Below are positions 48,171 through 58,405 of a stretch of 64,000 nucleotides of DNA, piece by piece; the first letter of the stretch is position 1; each line of letters begins with the position of its first letter. Source of the DNA: Candidatus Poriferihabitaceae bacterium (GTDB lineage Bacteria; Pseudomonadota; Gammaproteobacteria; Arenicellales; Poriferihabitantaceae); NCBI GenBank assembly GCA_965249035.1, contig CBDFKV010000005.1:50463-114462 (forward strand), read 5' to 3'. The translations under genes were made by a program, and so were the position numbers. The notes below the pieces were generated by a model. That model worked only from the letters and a program-made list of their open reading frames with translations, was not told the origin of the DNA and ran no database searches.

Positions 48171-49200
48171 TGGGTCTATCGGCACAAAGGTACCAAACGC
48201 ACCACAGGATTTCGTCTTAAGCCCCGTACTTATTGGGCTGAGATCGTTTTCGGTACTCCTAAAATCAAGCAATCTGAGAACTTCTTTTTTAGGAGAAGAA
48301 TTTAGCTCTAAAACTGACAGCCATGTTACTGTCATTAGTTATCGTAAAAACGAGCGTTTAAAGTGTTGAGTATGTTCTATGAAAAGCAACTTATAAACAA
48401 TATCTATAACTATAGTATTATTGATATAATTGAGTTATCTTCTAATTCATTTGAAACAACCGACTTCATGCCGACAATTCTCCCTAAAACCATTGGCTAT
48501 CTACGTGTATCGACTGCTGACCAGGACGTTCAGAAAAATAAGGCAGATATCCTGTCTCTGGCGAACCAGAAGAATCTAGGCCAGGTGCAGTTTGTTGAAG
48601 AAACGGCTTCAGGTAGAATTTCCTGGAAGAAACGAAAAATTGCTGATGTGATGGAAGCGGTGAATACCGGAGATAACATCATAGTAAGCGAGTTATCGCG
48701 CTTGGGACGATCCATGCTCGAGTGTATGGAAATACTTTCAATCGCTCTCGAGCGAAAGATAAACATCTATGCAATAAAAGGTAACTGGCAACTCGATCAA
48801 AGCATCCAGAGCAAAATCGTGGCCATGGCTTTTTCGATGGCTGCTGAGATTGAACGAGACTTGATCTCTCAGCGCACTAAAGAAGCCTTACGCGCCAGAA
48901 AAGCATCAGGCCTACCGCTTGGTAGGCCAAAAGGCCCAGGGAAAAGTAAGCTTGATCCATTCCGTGTTGAGATTGAGGCTTTGCTCGCAAATGGCTCAAC
49001 CCAGAAATTTATTGCTGCTCGCTATAAGACAACCGAGGCTAATTTGCATAATTGGATGAAGAAACGGGACATAATGAATGCAAAAAACCAGGCTCTCACG
49101 TGAATATTGTGTGTCTCAGCTCACATACCAGCCTAAATATGAGCGTGAGAAACCATCAAATTCCTATGGTGCGTTTGGTACCTTTGTGCCGATAGACCCA
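48171..49200. mobile_element. 1.03-kb unit bounded by 39-bp inverted repeats (38/39 match), carrying only a serine recombinase
   Basis: 48171-48209 TGGGTCTATCGGCACAAAGGTACCAAACGCACCACAGGA versus the reverse complement of 49162-49200; no target-site duplication seen. Confidence 0.85.
48468..49103 (+). CDS. Serine recombinase (resolvase/invertase, Mpi-like subfamily)
   Basis: GYLRVST catalytic Ser, SELSRLGRS, AEIERDLISQRTKEAL, LGRPKG, C-terminal HTH. Confidence 0.93.
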   Translation: MPTILPKTIGYLRVSTADQDVQKNKADILSLANQKNLGQVQFVEETASGRISWKKRKIADVMEAVNTGDNIIVSELSRLGRSMLECMEILSIALERKINIYAIKGNWQLDQSIQSKIVAMAFSMAAEIERDLISQRTKEALRARKASGLPLGRPKGPGKSKLDPFRVEIEALLANGSTQKFIAARYKTTEANLHNWMKKRDIMNAKNQALT

Positions 49201-49309
49201 TAATTTCTCGATGAGCACGGGGATTGCCCTATTGGTGCGTCTGAGGGATCACTAATTTTGGTGAATCTGCCCACTACAGCCAAATACAACTATGTGGGAT
49301 CGCCTGCAG

Positions 49310-49329
49310 CATAGATAGTTCTATCTATG
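49310..49329. promoter_or_regulatory. Palindrome CATAGATAG-TT-CTATCTATG upstream of the RM gene
   Basis: Perfect 9-bp arms, 65 bp before ATG 49395; abuts CTGCAG at 49304-49309. Confidence 0.45.
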
Positions 49330-49394
49330 TCAGTTCAAGTTTGTCGGGTGGCTTTCTTTATGCAGAATAGTTAAGTAGTGCTATAGTTGAAAGT

Positions 49395-51962
49395 ATGGCG
49401 CTATCAAATAAAAAATGCCCAAAAGAATCCCTCGGTACATTAGAGGGCTCTCTTCAAGCCCCTAACAAGTTTGATTACTTAGGCATGTCAGCACTTGGCC
49501 AAGCAGAGCTTTTAAGAATTAGAGCAAATAGTGGGCTTGATAAAAAAAGGAAAGCCGCACTAGGACAGTTTTTTACTCCCGGCGCGACCAGCTTATTTAT
49601 GGCCTCCTTGTTCAAGAGGATCAACGGCAAGGTGACATTGTTAGACCCTGGATGTGGCCCCTGCACGTTGACCGCTGCTTTTGTTGATGAGGCCGTGAAG
49701 AGACAATCTTGTAGTTCGATTATGGTAACTGCATACGATGTTGAAAGGCAGTTTGCCCCCGATGTTAAAGAAGCTCTTAGAGTTTGTAAAAAAGCAGCTC
49801 ACTCCGCAAATATTAAATTCGATGCAAATGTTTATCTTAAAGATTTCATCCTAGAGTATGTAGAGGTGTCGGGCTCTCAGAGTGGGTACTCTCATGTAAT
49901 TATGAACCCACCATATAAGAAAATTAACGGCACAAGTAATCATCGGAAAGCCTTACGAGATGTTGGGATTGAGGCGGTCAATCTGTACTCGGGGTTTGTG
50001 GCGCTGGCAATTCAAAAATTAGCTCCACAGGGTGAGCTTGTGGCCATAATCCCACGTTCGTTTTGTAATGGCCCATATTATCAGTCTTTTCGACAACTCC
50101 TTTTTGCTGAAACGGCCATTCGTCAAATCCATATTTTCGATGCCCGAAACCAAGCTTTTTCTGAAGATAAAGTATTACAAGAAAATATTATCCTTCATCT
50201 AGTGAAGGGCGATATACAAAAGGACATCACCATTACATCAAGCCCGGCTGCAGATTTCCATGTCGATGAGGAAACCGGAACGGTTACTGCTAGTGCACTG
50301 ACCACGCGCACAGTTCCATTTAGCTCTGTGGTCTACCCAAACGATACGGAACAGTTTATCCATATAGTCGCGAACAACCGAGACCAAGTTGTTGTCAATC
50401 AGATGGGGTCTTTTACTAACAGCTTAGATGACCTGGGCATATCGGTATCTACTGGCCCAGTAGTAGATTTTCGGATGAGGGAAGATTTGCGACAAGACAT
50501 CGAGGCACATGCGGTTCCGTTGCTTTACCCCGTCCATCTGAACAGAAAAGTATCTTGGCCGAAGCAGTCCAACAAACCAAACGCCATCATGGTTTCTGAA
50601 CGAACTAAGCCGTGGCTTTGGAGGAACGATGGATATTTTGTGGTGGTTCGTCGGTTTAGCTCAAAGGAAGAAAAACGTCGAATCGTCGCTACCCTGTACG
50701 ACAGCAAATTACCAGGGGAGCTCATTGGTTTTGAGAACAAGCTCAATGTCTTTCATCAAAACAAAAAAGGCATGGATCGAAAACTAGCAGTAGGGCTATA
50801 CATATATCTAAATTCTACATTGCTCGACAAATATTACCGCCTCTTTGGTGGGCACACGCAAGTCAATGTCACGGATTTAAAAAATGTTCGTTTTCCAAGC
50901 GCTGCCTCTTTGAGGAAAATTGGCGCTCGAGGCAACTACGAAGACTTAACTCAGGAACAAATTGATAATTTAATAAAAAAGGAAACCATCACTATGACAG
51001 GAAAAAATTTTAGCGACCCTATTAGTGCTCAAAAAATATTGGACCAGGCTCTTCAATTACTGAGGGCCCTAGGGTTACCTCGTGCCCAACAAAATGAGCG
51101 GTCCGCACTAACATTATTGGCACTATTAAATCTTTCTCCTAAAGGAACTTGGCAGGAGATCGAAAGGCCTATGATTGGCGTTACGCCAATAATGAATTGG
51201 TGTCGAGATAACTATGGAAAAAACTATGCCCCCAATACCCGCGAGACGTTTCGCCGGCAGACACTGCATCAATTTGTTGATGGGGGCCTTTGTTTATATA
51301 ACCCAGACTTACCCAGCCGACCTGTAAATAGTCCTAAAGCGTGTTATCAATTAGCTCCTGAGTTATTTGATACGCTAAAAACGTATGAAACTTCCGCTTG
51401 GGAAAAAAGCTTAGCGGCATGGCTCAAAAACAGAAAAACATTAGCTGCGCAGTACGCTAATGTGCGTAAAATGGAAATGATCCCATTGACCTTAGATGAT
51501 GGCATAGAAATAAGCCTGAGCCCCGGCGCTCATAGCCAACTTATCCACGATATTGTTACTGAATTTGGTCCTCGGTTTTCACCCGGATCTCAGGTTATTT
51601 ACTTGGGCGATACTGAGGCCAAAGAAGGTTTCATTCGAAAGGACAGGCTCTCAGAATTTGGGGTTATTGTCGATCGAAAGGGTAAAATGCCTGATGTCGT
51701 TCTATATGATTCAAGTCGAGATTGGTTGCTGCTGATTGAATCAGTTACAAGTCATGGGCCGGTTGATGGGAAAAGGCATGGTGAATTGGCTACTCTTTTT
51801 CAGGGCGCTAAGCCTGGTTTAGTATATGTAACTGCTTTTCCGGACAAGAAAATAATGGGGGAATATTTGTCAGATATTTCTTGGGAAACGGAAGTTTGGG
51901 TGGCAGATGCCCCAACCCATTTGATCCATTTCAACGGAGATCGCTTTTTAGGCCCTCACTAA
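49395..51962 (+). CDS. Fused N6-adenine methyltransferase plus BsuBI/PstI-family restriction endonuclease
   Basis: GQFFTP, LLDPGCG, NPPY; C-terminal YAPNTRETFRRQTLHQF, KMPDVV, ESVTSHGPVD, ISWETEVW. Confidence 0.92.
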   Translation: MALSNKKCPKESLGTLEGSLQAPNKFDYLGMSALGQAELLRIRANSGLDKKRKAALGQFFTPGATSLFMASLFKRINGKVTLLDPGCGPCTLTAAFVDEAVKRQSCSSIMVTAYDVERQFAPDVKEALRVCKKAAHSANIKFDANVYLKDFILEYVEVSGSQSGYSHVIMNPPYKKINGTSNHRKALRDVGIEAVNLYSGFVALAIQKLAPQGELVAIIPRSFCNGPYYQSFRQLLFAETAIRQIHIFDARNQAFSEDKVLQENIILHLVKGDIQKDITITSSPAADFHVDEETGTVTASALTTRTVPFSSVVYPNDTEQFIHIVANNRDQVVVNQMGSFTNSLDDLGISVSTGPVVDFRMREDLRQDIEAHAVPLLYPVHLNRKVSWPKQSNKPNAIMVSERTKPWLWRNDGYFVVVRRFSSKEEKRRIVATLYDSKLPGELIGFENKLNVFHQNKKGMDRKLAVGLYIYLNSTLLDKYYRLFGGHTQVNVTDLKNVRFPSAASLRKIGARGNYEDLTQEQIDNLIKKETITMTGKNFSDPISAQKILDQALQLLRALGLPRAQQNERSALTLLALLNLSPKGTWQEIERPMIGVTPIMNWCRDNYGKNYAPNTRETFRRQTLHQFVDGGLCLYNPDLPSRPVNSPKACYQLAPELFDTLKTYETSAWEKSLAAWLKNRKTLAAQYANVRKMEMIPLTLDDGIEISLSPGAHSQLIHDIVTEFGPRFSPGSQVIYLGDTEAKEGFIRKDRLSEFGVIVDRKGKMPDVVLYDSSRDWLLLIESVTSHGPVDGKRHGELATLFQGAKPGLVYVTAFPDKKIMGEYLSDISWETEVWVADAPTHLIHFNGDRFLGPH

Positions 51963-52174
51963 TGAGGGTTAAAATCTATCCGCCCTATACCGAAAACCTA
52001 CGGAAATTACGATGAGAAGAAGAACCACCACGCAATTATGAGTAATCGCCTCTTTTGGCTGCCGATCTCGGCAGATAGCTTCTATCCCCTGATGGAGTGC
52101 AATCAAGGTATAGTTAAAATGCTGGTACCAAAAGCGGAAAGTCTTCGCGCCTTAGCGGAGACTAAATAAATAGG

Positions 52175-52260
52175 TGTTCATTTAACGGTTCGATTTCCGG
52201 GCCAGTTTAGTCCAGTTTCTATGCGGGTTTACGAGGGCATGATAAACTGTTCATTTAACG
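52175..52260 (+). repeat. Direct repeat TGTTCATTTAACG x2 upstream of a resolvase (res-site-like)
   Basis: Copies at 52175-52187 and 52248-52260. Confidence 0.6.
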
Positions 52261-52889
52261 AACGTCTACTGAACGGTTTGAATACTCAAATTGAAACAAT
52301 TGCGATTTATGCTCGCATATCAACTGGCAAGCAGGAATCGCTCAACCAGCTGGATGAGCTGCGTAGCTTTGTTAATCGGCAAGGCTGGCAGATATTTGAT
52401 GAGTACATCGATCAACAATCTGGTGGTACCTCAGATCGAGATGAATTCAAGCGGCTATTCGCTGATGCCCACAAACAGAAATTTGATCTGGTACTGTTTT
52501 GGGCGCTTGATCGGTTTAGCCGCGAAGGTGTGCTTGCCACACTGAAGCACTTGGAGCTACTGAATGATTACAGTGTTGGCTATAAGTCATACACTGAGCA
52601 ATATATCGACTCCATCGGTATATTCCGCGAAGCCATCATTGCAATCCTAGCTGCACTAGCGAAGCAGGAACGTGTACGAATTTCTGAACGTACCATCGCG
52701 GGGCTGGTTCGTGCGAAAGCCCAGGGTAAACGTCTGGGAATGGCTCCGTTAGCTGATAGCAAGAAAGATGAAATACGACAATTAAGATTAGATAATATGA
52801 GTTATCGTCAGATAGCGAATGCAACTGGTGTCAGTGTTGGTAGTGTTTCCAACGTCCTAAACTCTCAAAAAACTAACAAGACAGTATGA
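52221..52889 (+). CDS. Serine recombinase/resolvase (true start probably near 52278-52290)
   Basis: AIYARIST, WALDRFSRE, ERTIAGL.RAKAQGKRLG, HTH SYRQIANATGVS. Confidence 0.9.
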   Translation: MRVYEGMINCSFNERLLNGLNTQIETIAIYARISTGKQESLNQLDELRSFVNRQGWQIFDEYIDQQSGGTSDRDEFKRLFADAHKQKFDLVLFWALDRFSREGVLATLKHLELLNDYSVGYKSYTEQYIDSIGIFREAIIAILAALAKQERVRISERTIAGLVRAKAQGKRLGMAPLADSKKDEIRQLRLDNMSYRQIANATGVSVGSVSNVLNSQKTNKTV

Positions 52890-53050
52890 TTTTAGAACGT
52901 GTTTTGTTTATCACCTTATGAAAAAGTCAGCGGAAAGTGATTTGCATTGAAATAATTGACTGTCTCAGACATACTCTTTGCGGATATTCACGGGTTTGAG
53001 TGTAACAGAGGAGATAAATACATACATTTGATCTGGACAGAATTAGGAAC

Positions 53051-53326
53051 ATGAAAAGTAAAAAAGGCAAACAAGGAAAAATTCATTCTGATGACTGGGA
53101 GCCACCCTGGATGAATCCGGCCAATGGTCGTAAGACCCCATACACAGAAGAAGAGTTAAAGAAATTTGCCCAAGGATTCATGGAAAATATGAGCGATACA
53201 GCAGCAGTGCAAAACTTGATCGAGAGGGAAGGAAAAGAAAGAGCAGAAGATATTATCAAAGCACGGTTGAAGAAAAGTGATATGAATAATCTAGAAAATA
53301 TTGAAGTCAAGGGTTTCAGGCATTGA
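53051..53326 (+). CDS. Hypothetical protein
   Basis: AGGA RBS; 91 aa. Confidence 0.6.
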   Translation: MKSKKGKQGKIHSDDWEPPWMNPANGRKTPYTEEELKKFAQGFMENMSDTAAVQNLIEREGKERAEDIIKARLKKSDMNNLENIEVKGFRH

Positions 53327-53491
53327 TAAAGTTCCATTTTATCAAGTTGGTAAGATGAAAAACTGGCTAACGAACAACGAACAATTGACTACAGCAGACC
53401 TTGAATCATGAAATCAGTCCAGCTTGACCTCCACAATTAGGCAGCTCTATACTCGTTACGGTCATTGCAATTGAGGTTACATATCTGAAAA

Positions 53492-53782
53492 ATGCTAACG
53501 AAGAAGCAACAGGAACGATATGACTCATTCTATCAATCCACTCATGAAAATGAATTTTTAGATGGGAAAACAGAACTTCTAGTGGGATTGTCAGCGGCTA
53601 TGGCCATGAATTGTTTACCCTGTACGAATTACTACCTGAAACAAGCCAAGTTGAAAGGGATATCTAAGGGTGAAATTTCAGAAGTTTTAGCTAAAGTCAT
53701 GGCTGTTGCGGCAGGCCAAAAGCGCTTACAACTACAAGAAGTGATTAACGATCATGGAATAGACTTATCATCCTATGGTTAA
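53492..53782 (+). CDS. Carboxymuconolactone decarboxylase/AhpD-family protein
   Basis: LDGKTELLVGL..A...NCLPC...A...GIS..EI.E. Confidence 0.85.
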   Translation: MLTKKQQERYDSFYQSTHENEFLDGKTELLVGLSAAMAMNCLPCTNYYLKQAKLKGISKGEISEVLAKVMAVAAGQKRLQLQEVINDHGIDLSSYG

Positions 53783-53812
53783 TTTCAGTGCATGTATGGT
53801 AGATAGAATTTA

Positions 53813-54058
53813 GTGGACAGTAAAACAAAAGAGCTTATTGCAATTGGTGCATCAGTTGCCGTTAATTGTATTCCATGCTTGGAGTTCCATATAGAAAAAG
53901 CTAAAGCTCTGGGCGCTAGCAAAAAGGAGTTGATTTTTGCATCAAAAATAGGCATGCAAGTTAAAGCCGGTGCTGCCATAAAAACAGAAAAACATACCTC
54001 TTCTATTATTAAGGGATTTGAGAAGGAAGATGTAAATGATGTCTGTAATTGTGAATAA
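53813..54058 (+). CDS. CMD/AhpD-family protein
   Basis: KTKELIAIGASVAVNCIPCLEFH..KA..LGAS. Confidence 0.88.
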   Translation: MDSKTKELIAIGASVAVNCIPCLEFHIEKAKALGASKKELIFASKIGMQVKAGAAIKTEKHTSSIIKGFEKEDVNDVCNCE

Positions 54059-54165
54059 ATTACCCATTGACCATATAGGGCAAGGTCTTGCCTTCCATTC
54101 ATTCAGTGTTATGCGACACGTTGTCGTAGAGTAACCTGTTTTAAACCTGCAGGAGGTGAACGATA

Positions 54166-54528
54166 TTGTCTGACTTAAGCTTTAAAAAAATAGATCAAAG
54201 CATAAAAGATCGCAAGAGATTACACTTGTCATTTCTTGAAAATGTCAAAACGTACAAGTCTTTTCTTGAGTTAGAGGAGAAGGCATTTTGTGATGGTGTA
54301 CTAGATAAAAAGACAAAAGAACTGATGGCTCTTTCTATTTCCATCGTTACAAAATGTGAACCCTGTATGGAATGGCATCTTGATCAAGCTATGAAAGCAG
54401 GTGCAACAGATGAGCAAATTTATGAGACCATTGATGTTGCAATTGAAATGGGTGGAGGTCAGGCCGGAGCGTATGCTCGTTTTGTGCTAAAGGCGCTTGA
54501 ATATTTTAAAGAAAGAAATGATAAATAA
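54166..54528 (+). CDS. CMD/AhpD-family protein
   Basis: GVLDKKTKELMAL..S...KCEPCMEWH..A..AGATDEQI.E. Confidence 0.9.
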   Translation: MSDLSFKKIDQSIKDRKRLHLSFLENVKTYKSFLELEEKAFCDGVLDKKTKELMALSISIVTKCEPCMEWHLDQAMKAGATDEQIYETIDVAIEMGGGQAGAYARFVLKALEYFKERNDK

Positions 54529-54799
54529 ATATTTGAGAAAGCATCAATGGCGGCTCAGGGCAACTTTCCGCCAATGGACTTTACTTGTCAATCGGGCAGA
54601 AACACACTTATTACCGATCTTCAGCCAAATTGAATATCGAGAGCATCGATACAAAAACAGACGTTTAAGTTCTTGTTAGATTGTGTAAAATTTCGTAGAT
54701 ACTAAGGTTATCTAATGCTTGGAGTATGTATTGATTTTGTGTCATATCTATCAATCTAAATTAAATTCCAACCAACTGTATACTAATAAGACCTTGCCT

Positions 54800-56113
54800 A
54801 TGACCAACTATCTTAAATCTCCCGCAGGTCTTCATCTATTATCACGATGGCAATCAGGCGATTTGGAAGCAAAGCAACAGATGCGCACCATTTTTGACGC
54901 TGCCATAGCGGGTAAGTATGATCCTAGTTTTGCAGTACCTGCCCCGTCAGATAGAGTGCACGTCACAGGTTCCGTGCATATGATCACACTTACTATCTTG
55001 CACGACCTGTATGGTGTTTCATCCGCTGACTATTACAAAACAGATCCTGAACGCTATGTGCGTGCTAATCTGATAACCAGTCGATTGCTGGGTATTGACA
55101 AGCTTTATATAACATGGGCTCTGTATGCCTTTACGTGTGAAGCCATTGGTCAGCCGATGATGTATACCGATAAATTTCCACCCGGATCAGATCCGGGCAA
55201 AGTATTAATCAACAAAGATAACTGGAAATCGTTGACTACACCGGATTTCAGTACTGGCATTCCCAAAATCATCAATGACATTTTGCGTGTTATGGAGCGA
55301 CTGACTGGCATGGAACCTTTGCTCCAAATATCCTCACCCTACAGCCTTGCTGCTGATATTTATGGTCAGGAACTGCTGCTGGACGATGTTTTACACGCTC
55401 CGGATTTTGTGAATGACCTTCTGGATCACTTGGCCGACCAGGTTCTTAGTCCGTGGATAGACCACTTTATTGGCGAATTCCCAAATGGTTGGGTAGAACT
55501 TTCTGATGCGTCTGGCTCACCTTTTTTTATCGGGCCGGACAATTGCAAGAATATGGCCATTCGCTCGATCAAACGTATGCTAAAGGGCAAGCCCTGGGCC
55601 ACGCGTGTTTTTGATTGCAATTATCGTGGTGATTATGTAACTCAGTCGAAAATGAAAAATCGTAAATCGCGGCGTCGACGTTCCGATGGGGATAGCCAGA
55701 GCAGCATTGATCTTTTACAACTGACCGACTTGAAATACAGCGTTTGTATCAATTTCATTATGCGACTTGAAGCAGATAAAGTACCCATTTCATTCTATGA
55801 AGAACAAGCCATTGCACGTAATATTCCCCTGACCACGGGTATTGGTTCCGGTCAGGTTGATCGTAACAGTGTTGGCGATTTAGATATTGCAAAAAAACAA
55901 ATTCGTGAAACAGCACTTGAATATGTTGATGCTATCAAAAACGTATGTAAAGCCATTGGTTTGCCGAACGACTCTATTCTGAATGAGCCTTGGCCCAGTC
56001 ACATTTATTTCGAAGATATTAGCTCCCAATCCCAATTTGAAATGATTGAGATAATTATCAAATCGGTGAGCGATCACGGCGTACTGACAGGTGCGGAAAA
56101 AGTACATATTTAA
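54800..56113 (+). CDS. URO-D/MtaA-CmuA-like TIM-barrel protein
   Basis: YKTDPE, YAFTCEAIGQ, PDF.TG, SPYSLAADIYG.E.LL.D....PDFV..LLD.L, LSDASGSP. Confidence 0.62.
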   Translation: MTNYLKSPAGLHLLSRWQSGDLEAKQQMRTIFDAAIAGKYDPSFAVPAPSDRVHVTGSVHMITLTILHDLYGVSSADYYKTDPERYVRANLITSRLLGIDKLYITWALYAFTCEAIGQPMMYTDKFPPGSDPGKVLINKDNWKSLTTPDFSTGIPKIINDILRVMERLTGMEPLLQISSPYSLAADIYGQELLLDDVLHAPDFVNDLLDHLADQVLSPWIDHFIGEFPNGWVELSDASGSPFFIGPDNCKNMAIRSIKRMLKGKPWATRVFDCNYRGDYVTQSKMKNRKSRRRRSDGDSQSSIDLLQLTDLKYSVCINFIMRLEADKVPISFYEEQAIARNIPLTTGIGSGQVDRNSVGDLDIAKKQIRETALEYVDAIKNVCKAIGLPNDSILNEPWPSHIYFEDISSQSQFEMIEIIIKSVSDHGVLTGAEKVHI

Positions 56114-56352
56114 TATGTACGGATAGGCAAAGAAGACTAAATTCAAGGGTCGGCCAGCTTGATTGAGCATATGCGTCTAATCGAATGTCCGTAAAGGGCA
56201 AAGTAGAGTCAGATTGAAGTTGCGCGACTGGCTATGGCATGCTCATACCAGCCTTAGATTGCGTCCAGAGCTATGCAACAGTGCAGGTGAAAGCAACCAT
56301 TCAAATATTATTTATAAGAAGCGAGAACTACGTTCATAATAAGTAAAGAATA

Positions 56353-57411
56353 TTAGATCATGCCGCCAAATAATTGGTATACCCACGCCGAAGCCATTGA
56401 TCCAGTCAGTCCCAAAGCCAAATAAAGCACAAATACCGGTTTCTTAACCAAAGCCCATACCGCAATTGCAGCCGGTATAGACGATACCGCGCCGGCAGTA
56501 ATGAATGCCATTGCGGCGCCGGGAGTCATGCCAATTTCTATGAGACCTGATATTAATGGAATCGCAGCGTAGCCATTCAAGTAGGAAGGCGCGCCGATAA
56601 TCGCCGCTAGAGGAATCGCAAACCAGTTTTCAGCACCGACGTAGCCAACGATCCAATCCGATGATACATAGGCCAACATTAGACTTTCCAGAAAAAATGC
56701 TAACGTTAGCCATTTACCCAAGAAAACACCAATTGATATTGATTCTGAATAAAATACGGAGACCCGTTTTTTTTCCGTCCAGAATTTCCATACTACACGA
56801 GACTCGTTTGTATCCAAGCAACTATTGCCACAGCTGTTGGTGACCTCTGCCCGCAAGGGAGATTCGAGTTTGCCGAAATGTTGGATTAACAAAACTGTAT
56901 AACCAGCAAATAAACCCATGGAAATTGCAGCCACCGTTTTGGCAAGTGCAAAGTTGAAGCCGATACCAGCCGCGGTAAGAATAAACATTTCTGGATCCAT
57001 GATCGGCGATGCAATCCAAAACGCCATTACCGGTGCTAACGGTACACCAGCACCCAGCATCGCCGCAATCAGTGGGATTACACCACAGGAACAAAATGGA
57101 GAAATAGCGCCTACTAACGCCGCCAATATAGTGGCGCGTACTGGGCTGCCACTAAAAGCCTTCGCAATTAATGCATCGGCGCTGGTCGCCTTGCTCAAAG
57201 CTGCGAAGCCTATCGCAATTGCGAAAAAGGGCAGCATTTCCCAGAGTGCATCGAGGGTAGACCTGATACTAACCGGCAGCTGGGGAGAGTCGATAAGCGC
57301 AAGCAGAATGGCTATAACCACCATTGCTTGAAACACACGGTCTTTAGCGATTGCCCAGATCGGTTGTAGCAACTGTTTGTGTTGATTCGAAGCTTCAATA
57401 TTAATATTCAT
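56353..57411 (-). CDS. arsP: ArsP/DUF318-family permease
   Basis: SPFCSCGVIP, MAFWIASP, GMTPGAAMAF..AG..SSIP; next to arsR. Confidence 0.82.
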   Translation of the reverse strand: MNINIEASNQHKQLLQPIWAIAKDRVFQAMVVIAILLALIDSPQLPVSIRSTLDALWEMLPFFAIAIGFAALSKATSADALIAKAFSGSPVRATILAALVGAISPFCSCGVIPLIAAMLGAGVPLAPVMAFWIASPIMDPEMFILTAAGIGFNFALAKTVAAISMGLFAGYTVLLIQHFGKLESPLRAEVTNSCGNSCLDTNESRVVWKFWTEKKRVSVFYSESISIGVFLGKWLTLAFFLESLMLAYVSSDWIVGYVGAENWFAIPLAAIIGAPSYLNGYAAIPLISGLIEIGMTPGAAMAFITAGAVSSIPAAIAVWALVKKPVFVLYLALGLTGSMASAWVYQLFGGMI

Positions 57412-57445
57412 ATTTCTAGTAATAAAGTAATGCTATGGATAAAAA

Positions 57446-57748
57446 TTACGCTGTATCGCTTACTACATCCGCGCAACATTCTTTTGTCAGGTAATCCACT
57501 AGATTTTGTAAGATACCGAACTCCACTTTGCAAATGAGCGTGGCTTGATGTCTATGCTTTGTGATTACACCGGCCGACTCCAAATAAGTAATGTGGTGAG
57601 TCAAGGTAGACCCGGGAATCTTGAGTTCTTTCTGAATTTCGCCTACCGCTAGTCCCACGTCGCCCGCCCGTACCAGCAGACGAACGATCTTGAGCCGAGT
57701 TGGATTGCCTATTTTGGCGAGAATGTTGGCGGCGGTTTCTAATCTCAT
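57446..57748 (-). CDS. arsR: ArsR/SmtB regulator with C-terminal Cys-Cys
   Basis: GNPTRLKIVRLLVRAG..GLAVGEI, STLTHH, YLTKECC. Confidence 0.9.
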   Translation of the reverse strand: MRLETAANILAKIGNPTRLKIVRLLVRAGDVGLAVGEIQKELKIPGSTLTHHITYLESAGVITKHRHQATLICKVEFGILQNLVDYLTKECCADVVSDTA

Positions 57749-57989
57749 GGCTACCAACATAAAGGTTTTCACCAAATGAGTCAACCATATTACTAGTATT
57801 TTGGTAATATATTTATTCCGTAGCTATACCTCAACTCTCGGAGGATAGGTTAATCCCAAAGTAAATGACCGCTTTTGATAGAAAATTAAGCTTATTGAAA
57901 CTTCGCGAACGGCAGAAATGGGCAAATAGCCGCTAAATAAAACATACCATTGTCGAGTTCGTGAAGAACCTTTAATGAAGAACTGTCTA

Positions 57990-58173
57990 GACCAAAATAG
58001 AAAGGCCTTTGGATAGGGAAGCGTCTCAGCAGTCTGACAAAGGCCAACTGATAACCAAAGCCAAATTGCTTATGTTCCTGACGTCGTTGTTTGATCACCC
58101 CTAAGACCTGGTTTGAAAATTGGGCAAGCTTTGCCAGTTGCTCACGATCATAGGGAAATGCACCCATCGACAA
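57990..58173 (-). pseudogene. Remnant of a Tn3-family transposase N-terminus (DUF4158-like)
   Basis: IKQRRQEHKQFGFGYQLAFVRLLRRFPIQRP, after which similarity is lost. Confidence 0.6.
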
Positions 58174-58405
58174 TGATTTGTATACTAAATTGTTATTGGG
58201 AGGTTTAACATACAGAGCATATGATACTGGTTAAGATACATATTATTGATGGGTTTACCCTACGTCTGTTCTTGTCTCATAAATGGTCGTCAATGAGGCT
58301 GATGAAAGCATGCTAATCGGTTATCTAGGGGCAACCAAAGGGACGGCTTCAAGGTACTAAGTGGGAGCAGACATTAGTACTCAAAGCGCCTATTGACGGA
58401 CGAAT

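Noticed and set aside
53492-54528. Selenocysteine in the CMD CxxC motifs
   Set aside because: All six cysteines are TGT/TGC codons; no in-frame TGA.
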